Assembly (NCBI GenBank): GCA_951406725.2
Contig: OX597816.1
Span: 45,446,001-45,510,000, forward strand
DNA: 64,000 nt
DNA from: Octopus vulgaris
Taxonomy: Eukaryota
Direction of reading: 5' to 3'
Positions 43,458 to 54,765 of this stretch are shown here, piece by piece. The translations under genes and the position numbers were made by a program. The notes beneath the pieces were generated by a model. It made no database searches. It was not told the DNA's origin and saw only the letters and a program-made list of their open reading frames with translations. The number at the start of each line of letters is the position of its first letter. The first letter of the stretch is position 1.

Positions 43458-43930
43458 ATACTATAATCATAAGTGATTATATATTGAATTTTGAGATACT
43501 AGAAGGCACCAACTCAACTCAGTATCAGAGCGAGCTAGAATCCGCAACTAGTATCACCAAACTCAACGTGTGAATGAAAGGATTGTGTCACCAGCCCCTT
43601 CCCACCCGCGTGTAGCCAAATCAAGATGCTATGGTCATCTACTGAGATAAAATATGGTTATCCGTAATAATGAAGGGTGAAATTAATTAATTTGGAATAA
43701 TTATCAATTACACCAAGTAGTCTTCGGCATGTAAAAGCCTCATTCGAGGAAAATTTAAGTAATACTAAGCAATAAAGGGTTTAGCAACGAATTGCCTTAC
43801 CACATACCGAATTTAGAAATAGCAGTCAAAGAGTTATAGCTATTTCTTCTACTAAAAAGGGAGATCTCAGTAAAAAAACACAGCAATTGGAAGGCAGACA
43901 CAAACAGGTAAGAGAGAATGAATTGACGGC

Positions 43931-44358
43931 GGGCTGGTGACACAATCCTTTCATTCACACGTTGAGTTTGGTGATACTAGTTGCGGATTCTAGCTCGCTC
44001 TGATACTGAGTTGAGTTGGTGCCTTCTAGTATCTCAAAATTCAATATATAATCACTTATGATTATAGTATTCTACGCTGAAGAGAAAAGAAGTTTGGGTA
44101 ACGTAGAATTATTTAATATTTAATTCTCATGCTTTCCTAAAAACTTGATTTCGAAACGTGCGTCCGTAGATAACTTAAAATTGTATGATAGATTGCCGTC
44201 AATTCATTCTCTCTTACCTGTTTGTGTCTGCCTTCCAATTGCTGTGTTTTTTTACTGAGATCTCCTTTTTAGTAGAAGAAATAGCTATAACTCTTTGACT
44301 GCTATTTCTAAATTCGGTATGTGGTAAGGCAATTCGTTGCTAAACCCTTTATTGCTTA

Positions 44359-44361
<3 letters not shown>
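43931..44361 (+). mobile_element. Inverted partial copy (~430 bp) of the 597-bp unit
   Basis: GGGCTGGTGACACAATCC...TTTATTGCTTAGTA is the reverse complement of the unit interior. It is followed by (TA)n. Confidence 0.92.
44071..44170 (+). ncRNA. Type I hammerhead ribozyme, inverted copy
   Basis: Stem I 44071-76/44165-70, CTGAAGA 44077-83, stem II base GAAA 44084-87/TTTC 44149-52, GAAAC 44153-57, GTC 44162-64. Confidence 0.85.
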
Positions 44362-44403
<42 letters not shown>

Positions 44404-44420
44404 TGTATGTATATATGCAT

Positions 44421-44520
<100 letters not shown>

Positions 44521-44684
44521 CATACATACATACATACATACTTACATACTTGTGTATGAACAAACACAACTACCTAACGATTTTTGTAAGTTATTCCCAA
44601 AGAATAAGCAATTCATTTGATATGATATTTTTGACAGAAGAAAGATACAATCCTTTTCATCTCCCACCCGTTTTAACCTCTACC

Positions 44685-44691
44685 ATCGTCG

Positions 44692-44723
<32 letters not shown>

Positions 44724-45078
44724 GTCATCATCATCGTTATCATCATCGTCATCCTCTTCATCGTCGTCGTCGTCGTCGTTCTCGACATCTTCGTCGTCGT
44801 CGTCATCATCATCATCATCATCATGTTCATTATCATTATCATCATCATCATCATCGTCATCGTCATCGTCATCATCATCATCATCATCATCATCATCGTC
44901 GTCGTTGTCGTCGTCGTCGACATTATCGTCATCGTCGTCCTCGCCATCATCATCATCGTCATCATCGTCATCGTCGTCGTCGTCGTTGGTGGTGGTGGTA
45001 GTAGTAGTAGTAGAGCAGCAGGGCTAGTAGTAGTAACGATGAATGCTAAGATGATGATGGTGGTGATGATGACGATGA

Positions 45079-45109
<31 letters not shown>

Positions 45110-45292
45110 AGCGATATTAATGACGATAACGTTGTTGATGGTGATGACGACAACTACGCTGACGATGACTAGGAGGAGGTGGGGGAGGAGGTGGAGGAAG
45201 AGAAGGAGGATGATTATACTATTGACAAGGATGACGATGACGATGGTGGTGATGGTGATGATAATGATGATGACGACGACGGCGGCGGCGGC

Positions 45293-45323
<31 letters not shown>

Positions 45324-45420
45324 GTGATGGTAATGATGATGATGACGATGATAACAATGATAATGACGACGGCGACAAAGAGGACAATAAAGACGACGTT
45401 AACAATAAAGATAAAAACAA
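44685..45420. repeat. (ATC/GTC)n followed by (GAT/GAC)n trinucleotide region
   Basis: Direct reading. Confidence 0.92.
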
Positions 45421-45539
45421 AGATGAAAGCCAATTCATAGGAAAACAGTTTATAGTAACGATTTCTAGAGCGTGGCCAGAAACACCGAGATACCCGATGG
45501 AACCAAAGAATCAGAAGAGACCAACAGTAATAAAAAATA

Positions 45540-47995
45540 ATAAAAGTAATAAATTTATCAAAGACACACTAACAATACGACAAATCGATATGCTAGCAAA
45601 AGGACTAAAATTTATCACCAACCCGCCGAAGATCGAATTTTAATGAAATTAAAGATGACATTTTAAAAATTCTGTAGACTCGGAGAAAATTTGACAAAAG
45701 AAAAAAAGCTACAACTAGAAGAAAATTATCAATAACCATATTTTGTTGAGATACTTTTATTGAAAAAAAAAAATGACCGGTCAAAAATGTGATACAGTTC
45801 TATATTTAAGAGATGAGGAATTATGTACATCATTTGCATTATTTACCTTTGACGGATAGTTGTCAAATAAACCCTAAAATTCACTCCATAATTGCCCACG
45901 GTTAAGAGCGCGGGCTACTGACCCCAAGATTGCGAGTTCGATTCCAGGCAGTGACCTGAATAATAATAATAATAATAACATCGAAAAATACCTTAGGAAT
46001 GAGAATCCAGGTTCGAAACTTCCCTAAATCACCTGCTGAACGCTGGAGGGTATATCAGCCGAAACGTTTTGTTAACAACTAACAAGATGAGGACAAATAT
46101 CCGTCAAATGTAAATAAGGAACATATTTTATTTTTGTTATATTTTTACTGAAAAAAAATGACCGGTAAAAATGTGGTTTTATAACTTATTTTACATGTAA
46201 ATTTAGTATTTTCTATGGCTTACTAAAGATTTTTCATAAGAAAGATAATATGCGAAACATGCAAAGAATTCAGAAATATATGTTTTGATGTATAGTAGAA
46301 GACATTTATCCAAAGTGCCATGCAGTGGGACTGAACCTATGTGATTGGGAAGCAAACTTCTTATCACACAGCTACGCTTATGCGTCACCAAATGATTTAT
46401 AATTAAAACTAATAATATCTTTCCCAAGATATGAAACTCATCATCTGAAGAAATTTTTCATAAGTTTTATTAAAATGATTTCGTTTTATAAAAGATCATC
46501 TAGATATGTTTTCTCATCCAATAACGACAGATGAGTAGACATTTATGCGAGCATGTATACGAGCATTGTCTAAGAGCATGCTTGTGTGTTTAATAAACTC
46601 ACTTTGCAAACATGTAACTGCGAATTCAGTCTCACAACAGAGCAACCTGGGCAAGTGTCTTCTATTATAGCTCCGGGCCGACTAATGCCTTATGATTGTA
46701 CTCTCGCCACCACCTGACAACTGATGTTTGTTTATGTCTTCGTGAATTAGCGGTTCGATAAGAGCAACAGATACAATAAGTACAAGACTTTAAAAAATAA
46801 GTACTGGGTTCAATTTGTTCAAACCCTTCAAGGCTTCAGCATGTCCGAAGTCCAATGACTGAAACAAGTTAAGGATAAATATCCCTCGTGACTATGGAAT
46901 AAAAACGATAAAATTCTGGCTGGAAAATTTTGCAGAAGAATTTCCCGAACATTTAAAACGTACTTGATATTTGAAGAATTAAAGTTTTTTTTTCTCCAAA
47001 AGACTAGTTCAAGTTTGATATTAACTATTACTGGGAAAAGTTCAGAACCACCATGTTTACCAAAATAGCCCCAACTTAGGCAAATTAAGTAACGCGATAG
47101 TTCAAATCAAAATATATCAAGAAGTGCTACAAAAGTTCAGAAACTTTCCATCTATATTTTAGATATAACTGGAAAAAAATTCTAGACAATCTCGTCACTA
47201 GGAAATTAAATGAAGTTAAATGAAATTAAATGAATTTAAAATATTACATAATTGAATAAATAATATTTGATTCACTATGGAATAGAGTCAACACTCGAAT
47301 GTTACAAACCGACTTACTTGAAACAATATCTACTCTTTACTTCGTGTCACTCGAAGCGCACTAGAACAGGTATTCCAACTAATCTAGCCAATAGAATATG
47401 CACAGTCTTGTCCGATATACGACTTCAAGAACTTAAAAATATACTCATCAACAGACATTATCCACCATCCTCAATAGATTATGGGATGCACCGAGTTAAG
47501 ACAGTTGATATTTTGATACTGAGACAAGTAATGGAAAATATCATACTTAAATAGAAAAAAATTCTATCATACATTTTTAAGCATAATCCTAGAAACGACG
47601 AAGCTTAAACTATAATTTTTTTAATGTTCAAAATTTACCGATGCAAACACCAATTCTTGCTAAAAAAAAACCCACTAAAATAAAAGAGTAGTAACAAATA
47701 CCAAATGACATTTAACATCAGAAGAACCAGCAATAATGAAACGTGGGTGATCCAAATGTAAGGTATATTTTAACTTATGTGTAGGATCAGAAATTCACTT
47801 TAATAAAGACCTTGTTTCAAAATAAAGAATGGAAACCTAATTTATGTAATATTTAACAATCTCGTTATGGCGGACAGAATTATATAGAACAAACAGGAAT
47901 AGCATAAGAAATGGAATTGCATTACATCGATAAGAAATTTTATCCCCCGGCTAGAGACAAATATCTCTTAATAAACTTATAAATACATGCGCTGG
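45540..47995 (+). pseudogene. Old, interrupted Penelope-like retroelement (N-terminus, RT, GIY-YIG remnants)
   Basis: MLAKGLKFITNP (~45590), TMFTKIAPT*AN (GTAMGTxxAPxxAN, ~47050), YKPTYLKQYLLFTSCH...IPTNLANRI...RHYP (47300-47520), and NLIYVI...YIEQTG (~47835-47900). Confidence 0.8.
45795..46120 (+). mobile_element. Solo PLE terminal repeat with tRNA-like remnant and hammerhead motif
   Basis: Same family as 51450-51700. B box GAGTTCGATTCC at 45934, CTGCTGA...GAAACGTT at 46033-46068, and a short inverted copy of the 3' terminus at ~45840-45866. Confidence 0.75.
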
Positions 47996-48182
47996 TAATC
48001 GATGAAAAGGCCCTGCGGTATTTCTTCCAACTCTTTACATTCTGAGTTCTACACACTTTCCGTTTACCAATTTCACTCGCAAGGCATTGATTAGCCTGAA
48101 GCTACAGTGAAAGGCACTTGTACGTGGTGTCATGCAGTGGGATTGAACTTGAAATCACGTGGCTGCAAAACGAGCTTCGTAT

Positions 48183-48595
48183 AGGCGCAGGAGTGGCTGT
48201 GTGGTAAGTAGCTTGCTTACCAATCACATGGTTTCGGGTTCAGTCCCACTGCGTGGCACCTTGGGCGAGTGTCTTCTGCTATAGCCTCGGGCCGACCAAT
48301 GCCTTGTGAGTGTATTTGGTAGACGGAAACTGAAAGAAGCCCGTCGTATATATGTACATATATATATATGTGTGCGTGTATGTTTGTGTGTCTGTGTTTG
48401 TCCCCCTAGCATTGCTTGACAACCGATACTGGTGTGTTTACGTGGCCGTCACTTAGCAGTTCGGCAAAAGAGGCCGATAGAATAAGTACTGGGCTTACAA
48501 AGAATAAGTCCCGGGGTCGAGTTGCTCGACTAAAGGCGGTGCTCCAGCATGGCCGCAGTCAACTGACTGAAACAAGTAAAAGAGTAAAGAGTAAA
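48183..48595 (+). mobile_element. tRNA-derived SINE with internal TA/TG tract, full length
   Basis: Same family as 5967-6395. Confidence 0.88.
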
Positions 48596-49445
48596 GAGAG
48601 TATCCATACAGCCAAGCCTTTATATATATATATATATATGCGTGTGTGTATGTGTGTATGTGTGTGTGCGTGTGTAAAAAAAAAGAGAGAGAGAGAGAGA
48701 AGAGATGAGATGAGAATGGATGAGATGAGAGAGAAACGCAAAGAGTTGAAAATGTCTTTTCGAAAGTATGTATACTAATGAATTGAAAGCTAACAAGCAA
48801 ACAAATAAGTAAAAAAAAGAACAGAAAATCAGTTAATAATAGAGAAAGGGGATTAACTCCGTGTACTGTGTTCTTCGCACTCGGTTTCTAAGCCGTGTAA
48901 AGTATATCAGAAATACAAACAATTCTTTTAACATTAATACATAACTAATATACAACAATGGCTTGTTTCAAAATGTTAATCCCTTGGGGGCCGACATGAC
49001 TAGTACTACTACTATTATGATGATGATGATGATGACGATGGTGATTAAGACGACAACGACGACGACGTCAAGATGAATTGTCTTCTTAGAAAGTTAATTC
49101 TTGATATTAAAAATGTAGCCTAGCTCCATTCATCTTCTCAGTAAGCTACGGTTTATGCGTAAAACGGAATATAATAAAAATGTGAATTTATATGTTAAAT
49201 GAATGAGTCACGCGCAAGACGTGCCGAAACAGAAGTACTTCTTTCACATACATCCACACAGAGTGATATCGTTAATTCCAGGTGCAGGCATGGCTGAGTG
49301 GTTAAGAAACTCACTTTGCAACCATATAGTTTCGAGAGTTCAGTCCCACCGTGCGGCACCTCGGCCAGGTGTCTTCCACTATAGCCCCGGGCCAACCAAT
49401 GCGTCGTGAGCGAATTTGATAAAACAGAAACTGTGTTGAAACCCG

Positions 49446-49484
<39 letters not shown>

Positions 49485-49599
49485 TGCCTGTGTGTGTGTC
49501 TGTGTATGTGTGTCTGTGCGTGTGTGTGTGTGTGTGTGTGTCTGTGTCTGTGTGTGTGTGTGTCTTTGATGATGTCTAATAAAAAAATTCTTAGTTTTC

Positions 49600-50345
49600 G
49601 GCATTATTAGTACTTCTTCATTGATTTCGTGTAATGTCCACAATTTTCTCAGAATTCTTCCATATGCCCACTTCTCAGAGGTTTTTAATCTGTTTCGTTA
49701 ATACTTTTATTAATGTCCATATTTCGGTTCCATACATTTAAGAGGATCATTCATAATACTTTAATCAGTTTTTTGAGGTTTTTTCTTCTTTCTAGTTTCG
49801 ATATTAATATTTGTTGATGTTGGTATAATGTTTGACATATTTTTTCATGTGACTTTCTAACGATCACAATCCTTTTGATTTCTGCTTCGCATTTCCCGTT
49901 TGCTAATTGCATAAAGCTTAGCTATATAATTTTTAGAGTCTGTTCAACTTGATTCTCCTTTGTTGTAAAATGTATTTTTGCTAGTGGTTGCTTCTTGCTG
50001 ATAACCATTGATTTTGTTTTCATTACATTAATTTCTGTTCCGTAGAATGTTCCTTTGTCATTAACTGTAGTTACAAGCAATATAGCATAGCTAGAGTTTG
50101 TGCCACCTGAGCAACCCCAGCCCACAGGCTTATATAACAGACCGTAAAATCCACCCGTATAAATGTGGCAGACACACTTGCTACTTCTCCAGCTACGTGA
50201 CTGATTACAAGTTTCTGTAGTTCATTTCTGTTGAAAGGTAGTAAGGTAGTATCGTCTGCATATATAGTATATAGTATCGTCTGCTGATGTTCACATCACC
50301 TATTGATTCTTCTGGCTTGTCTTCTATATGTTTTCTCTGAAGTGT
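49600..50345 (-). pseudogene. RTE-clade LINE reverse transcriptase fragments
   Basis: YADDT (~50247-50262), INVMKTKSMVISK and GKCEAEIKRI, with many stops and frameshifts. Confidence 0.72.
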
Positions 50346-50761
50346 GTTCCAGTGATTTGCTTAAATAGAAAATATACAGATTTTCTTGACTCTTGCAGGA
50401 GAGTACTGACAAGTTCCTGGTTTTTAGAGTATCGCGAAAGGCCTGGTTGGAAGCCTAACGTTCTGAGTTCATTTACAGGCCTTGGAAAAACTGAAAGACC
50501 GCTGCAATAGATGTGTGTGAATCTGAGAGGGGAATATGTTGAATAAAATCCTTATTTTCTTTTACCCAAAGCCAGGAACTTTTCAGTACTGCCTCGTAAG
50601 TTTAAATTCTACTGGCTTTTCCCCGTTCAGTTCTTATAACTGTTGTTTACTTTCAATAGGTTTGTGTCATTATTTGGATGGAAGGTTTTTACTACACATT
50701 CACTTATGTTTTCATGTTTTATTCTGTCACACACATTGGCATTGCCTATAAAGTACATATA

Positions 50762-51215
50762 AATATTGTTGTATTTCGGGCCGGTCATTTTTTTTTACCA
50801 AATAAACACACGCACTATATATTTGTTCTTCACTCGTTTAGTACTATTCTTATTTTTTTAATTTTTTATTTTGACTCGTGTCCATTGTCCGGAAATCTTT
50901 CGTCACACATCTGTGACCTCTTCAGCGACACTTTTTGTTTTCGTATGTGCTCTTGCTCCACTTACTCCATTCTGTTCTTGTTAGAAGTACACCTCTGGCC
51001 TCACGAAAACGAAAAGTGTCGCTGAAGAAGTCACAGATGTGTGACAATGGACATTAGTTATTTTTTGAAATGATAACAGTATTAAACGAGTGAAAAACAA
51101 ATATATAGTGCGTGTGTTTATTTCGCAAAAAGGAAAAAAATGACCATCACGAAATGCAATAATATTTGTTTCAACACACGATTTCACATCAGGAATCTTG
51201 CAACACAAATTGATA
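50762..51215. mobile_element. Diverged inverted pair of PLE-type terminal repeats
   Basis: 50762-50944 is the reverse complement of ~51002-51165. Related to the 59816-61341 family (CACACGCACTATAT, GGTCAT). Confidence 0.75.
50886..50930 (-). ncRNA. Type I hammerhead motif
   Basis: Minus strand TGTCG-CTGAAGA-G-GTCACA-GATG-TGTGAC-GAAA-GAT-TTC-CGGACA. The mirror copy at ~51017-51050 has lost GAAA. Confidence 0.7.
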
Positions 51216-51485
51216 AACATATAAACAGAAAGAATGAAAGATAAAATTGACCTCAGTGGAGTTTGAAATCAGAAAGTGAAAAGACGCGACTAAATGCCTG
51301 AAAGTATTTTAAATACAGTTCTATCAACTCTGTCCGTCCACCGCTTTTTATCCGATAAATTATCAATATATTGGTTTCAAATGTTAGCACAAGGCCCGCA
51401 TTTTTGGGATCGGAAAGTGGATTACATCGACCCTAGTGATCAACTGACCCTTATTTACATTATATTTGTCCTCATCTTGTTTGTT

Positions 51486-51530
51486 AACACAACGTTTCGG
51501 CTGAAATACCATCCTCTTTCATCAGGTGTC
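51486..51530 (-). ncRNA. Minimal hammerhead motif of the PLE terminal repeat
   Basis: GACAC-CTGATGA-A...CAGCC-GAAAC-GTT-GTGTT. Stem II is damaged in this copy and mostly intact in the 46033 copy. Confidence 0.68.
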
Positions 51531-51596
51531 TTGGGGAAAATTTCGAACCTGGGTTCTCATTCCTAAGGTATTTTTCGATGTTGTTAATATTATTAT

Positions 51597-51672
51597 TCAG
51601 GTCACTGCCTGGAATCAAACTCGGAATCTTGGGGTTAGTAGCCTGCGCTCTTAACCACTACACCATATGCCC
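51597..51672 (-). promoter_or_regulatory. tRNA-derived Pol III promoter-like segment inside the PLE terminal repeat
   Basis: GGGCATA-TGGTGTAGTGG(A box)-TTAAGAGCGCAGG-CTACTAA-CCCCAAGATTCC-GAGTTTGATTCC(B box)-AGGCAGTGACC. Stems are degenerate, so this is not a functional tRNA. Confidence 0.7.
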
Positions 51673-52552
51673 GTGGGCAATTATGGAGTGAATTTTAGGG
51701 CTTATATCTCTAATATTCTTCTATCCTTCTTTAATACCGGTTCCCATATGCTGTTCATATCTGCACTCGGTCTGCTCAGGAGGTTGTTGTGTCCTAGCAT
51801 ACATGCTGCTTCTTTTAGTTTTCATATTTTCCAGTGGTGTTCTTTGTCTATTATTTTAACTTCATCCCACAGGGAGAGGTGGTCTCTATTTTTCCATACA
51901 TGATCAGCTATATCCGATTTATCAATATCTTCCCGTGTCACAGCTTTGCGATTCTCCTCTACCCTTATTTTGAGGGGGAGGCGTGTTTCGCCTTTGTATA
52001 ACCTACCACAGCTGCATGGGAGGGAGGTCACGCAGTTTTTGGTCATATTCTCTTCTAATGGTGGTTTTACTCGAAGGAGATATTTGCGAAGTGTTGTATC
52101 ACTTCTGAATACTGTCCTGATGTCATATGGGCCACACATTTTTTTATATCTTTTCGGAGAGGCCTTTCACATAGGGTAGACAGACTGTGGACGGTTTATC
52201 GGTTTCATCCTCTCTTTTCTTCCTAATTGGCGTGGAGAGTATGCTTTTGGGGTAGTTGTTGCTTAATAAATTGTTTCTGAGCTTGATCATTTCTTCGTGG
52301 TGGGTGTGTGTATTTGTGCGTCTGTGTTTGTCACCCCACCTCCAACCATCACTTGACAACCAGTGTTGGTGTGTTTACGTCCCTGTAACTTATCAGTTCG
52401 GCAAAAAACAGACCGATAGAAGAAGTGCTACGCTTGCAAAGAGTAAGTCCTGGTGTCGATTTCTTTGACCAAAAAAACCCCTTTTTTAAGGCGGTGCTCC
52501 AGCATGGTCACACTCAAATGACTGAAACAAGTAAACGAATAAAAGACTATAT

Positions 52553-52662
<110 letters not shown>

Positions 52663-53237
52663 CAGAGCCGATCCTGACCAGATTGAAACGCAAAGACTTA
52701 AAAGAGACGAAACTGAATACTAAGTGACATTCAGACCGTTGCTTTACCGTTTTCTGGCAGCTATTTTACCGCCCATTAATCAACGTCAGAGAAAACTCTT
52801 AAAATATCGGATCTGAAGGTTTCCGAACATCAGACAATAATATTCACTGTCTGAATTTTACTGTCGTGAACATATCCTGTAATTTTCAAATATACAAGAT
52901 GAAAAACATGAAAGTTTTTACATAGAAATAACATTGTCTGCCTCTTGTAGAAATGTGTGAGAAAATAAATATTCAAATATGTGCATATATTTAGGAATCT
53001 AAATTTGTTTGTTTGTATGTGTTTGTGTATGCGGGGCTGAGTGTGTACGTGTGTGTGTGTGTGTGTGTATGTGTGTGTGTATGCGTGCGTGCGTGCTTCT
53101 GTGTGTATGTGTGCGTGCGTGCGGGCGTGTGTGTGTGTGTGCGTGTAGTGTGTGTGTGTGTGTGTGTGTGTATTTATTTAAATGATTCAGTTTTAATATG
53201 AAAGTACGGGTGTCCCTTTATCTCTTTCCCCTTTACT

Positions 53238-53268
<31 letters not shown>

Positions 53269-53543
53269 TACATTTTTATATGTGTGTATATATCTATATA
53301 TATATGTGTGTGTGTGTGCGTATATATATGTATATATATATGCATTTATGTGTATGGGTATGTGCATATACACATATGTATGTTTATATGCATCTATGTA
53401 TGTATATATGTATGTGTGTATGTGTGTGTGTATATATATATATTACATATATATATTACATTTTTATATGTATGTGTGTGGGTGTGTATATATGTATATA
53501 TATGTATGTTTATATGCATCTATGTATGTATATATGTATGTGT

Positions 53544-53585
<42 letters not shown>

Positions 53586-54214
53586 CATATTTATATGTGT
53601 GTGTGGGTGTGTATATATGTATATATATGTATTTGCGTGTATAGGTGTGCGTATATACATATATGTATGTATGTTTATTTGCATGCATGTATGTACGTAT
53701 ATATGTATGTATGTGTGTATGTGTATATATATATATATATATATAGTTATACAAATATGTGTACATGCATATACATGAATGTGTTGTTTGTACGTACGCA
53801 TGTGTATAAATCTGTTTATGTATGTATAACATGTACATATACTTTATATGTGTGTCATTTATACAAGCATAAACGCGTATATATATATATGTGTGTGTAG
53901 CAAGAGAAAAAGAGAGGAAGGGAAAGTGAAAGTGAAAGTATCTCTAATAAGCTTCTCTGTGCGTAAATGTGTGTTTGTACATGTGTATATATATATACTT
54001 GCGTACGTACGCGCATGCGTTAATGAGCCAGTGTAAGTGCGAGTGTGAAATGTGAAGTGTGTATGTATGTATGTATGTATGTATGTATGTATGTATGTAT
54101 GTATGTATGTGTGTGTGTGTGTGTGTGTATGTGTGTGTGTGTGTGTGTGCATACGTATGTGTACGTGTGATCATCGAAGCTTTTAACAACGGAACTATTT
54201 CATTTTATCTCCTT

Positions 54215-54418
54215 TATTATTACTATTATCAGTATCATTATTGTTGTTGTGTTGTTGTTGTTGTTGTTGTTGTTGCTGTAGCTGCTGCTGCTGCTGCAGC
54301 TACTGTTGGTATTGTTGTTGTTGTTGTTGTGGTTATTATTATTGCTGTTGTTGTTGCTGCTGCTATTATTATTGTTGTTCTTGTTAACGTCATCATCACC
54401 ATTTTATTCTTCTTCTTC

Positions 54419-54470
<52 letters not shown>

Positions 54471-54498
54471 CATCATCATCATCATCATCATCATCATT

Positions 54499-54531
<33 letters not shown>

Positions 54532-54532
54532 G

Positions 54533-54563
<31 letters not shown>

Positions 54564-54565
54564 TG

Positions 54566-54611
<46 letters not shown>

Positions 54612-54625
54612 TATTATCGTCGTCG

Positions 54626-54704
<79 letters not shown>

Positions 54705-54765
54705 TATTATCGTCGTCATCATCATCATCATCATCATCATCCTCATCATCATCATCATCATCGTT
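54215..54765. repeat. (TTG/CTG/TTA/TCA)n trinucleotide microsatellites
   Basis: Direct reading. Confidence 0.95.

Larger units (their letters stand above)
41871..43930 (-). mobile_element. Tandem array of 596-597 bp hammerhead-containing non-coding units (3 full plus 1 partial), retrozyme / PLE terminal-repeat type
   Basis: TCCGTAATAATGAAGGG starts at 41871, 42467, 43064 and 43661. Units differ at only a few positions, have no ORF, and are preceded by (TA)n. Confidence 0.9.
51450..52298 (-). mobile_element. 5'-truncated Penelope-like element: linker plus GIY-YIG endonuclease pseudogene (52298-51702) and 3' terminal repeat
   Basis: NNYPKS...LPYVKGLSEKI, then CVTSLPCSCGRLYKGETRLPLKIRVEEN...SDIADHVW...EHHWKI*KLKEA. 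One frameshift and internal stops. Confidence 0.9.

Noticed and set aside
51597-51672. Functional tRNA gene (ACT anticodon)
   Set aside because: Acceptor, anticodon and T stems are poorly paired and it is embedded in a repeat. SINE heads were rejected as tRNAs for the same reason.
51822-51824. In-frame TGA in the PLE endonuclease as possible selenocysteine
   Set aside because: It aligns with the conserved Arg of the R-x-x-x-E motif (likely CGA or AGA to TGA decay), and the copy has another stop and a frameshift.
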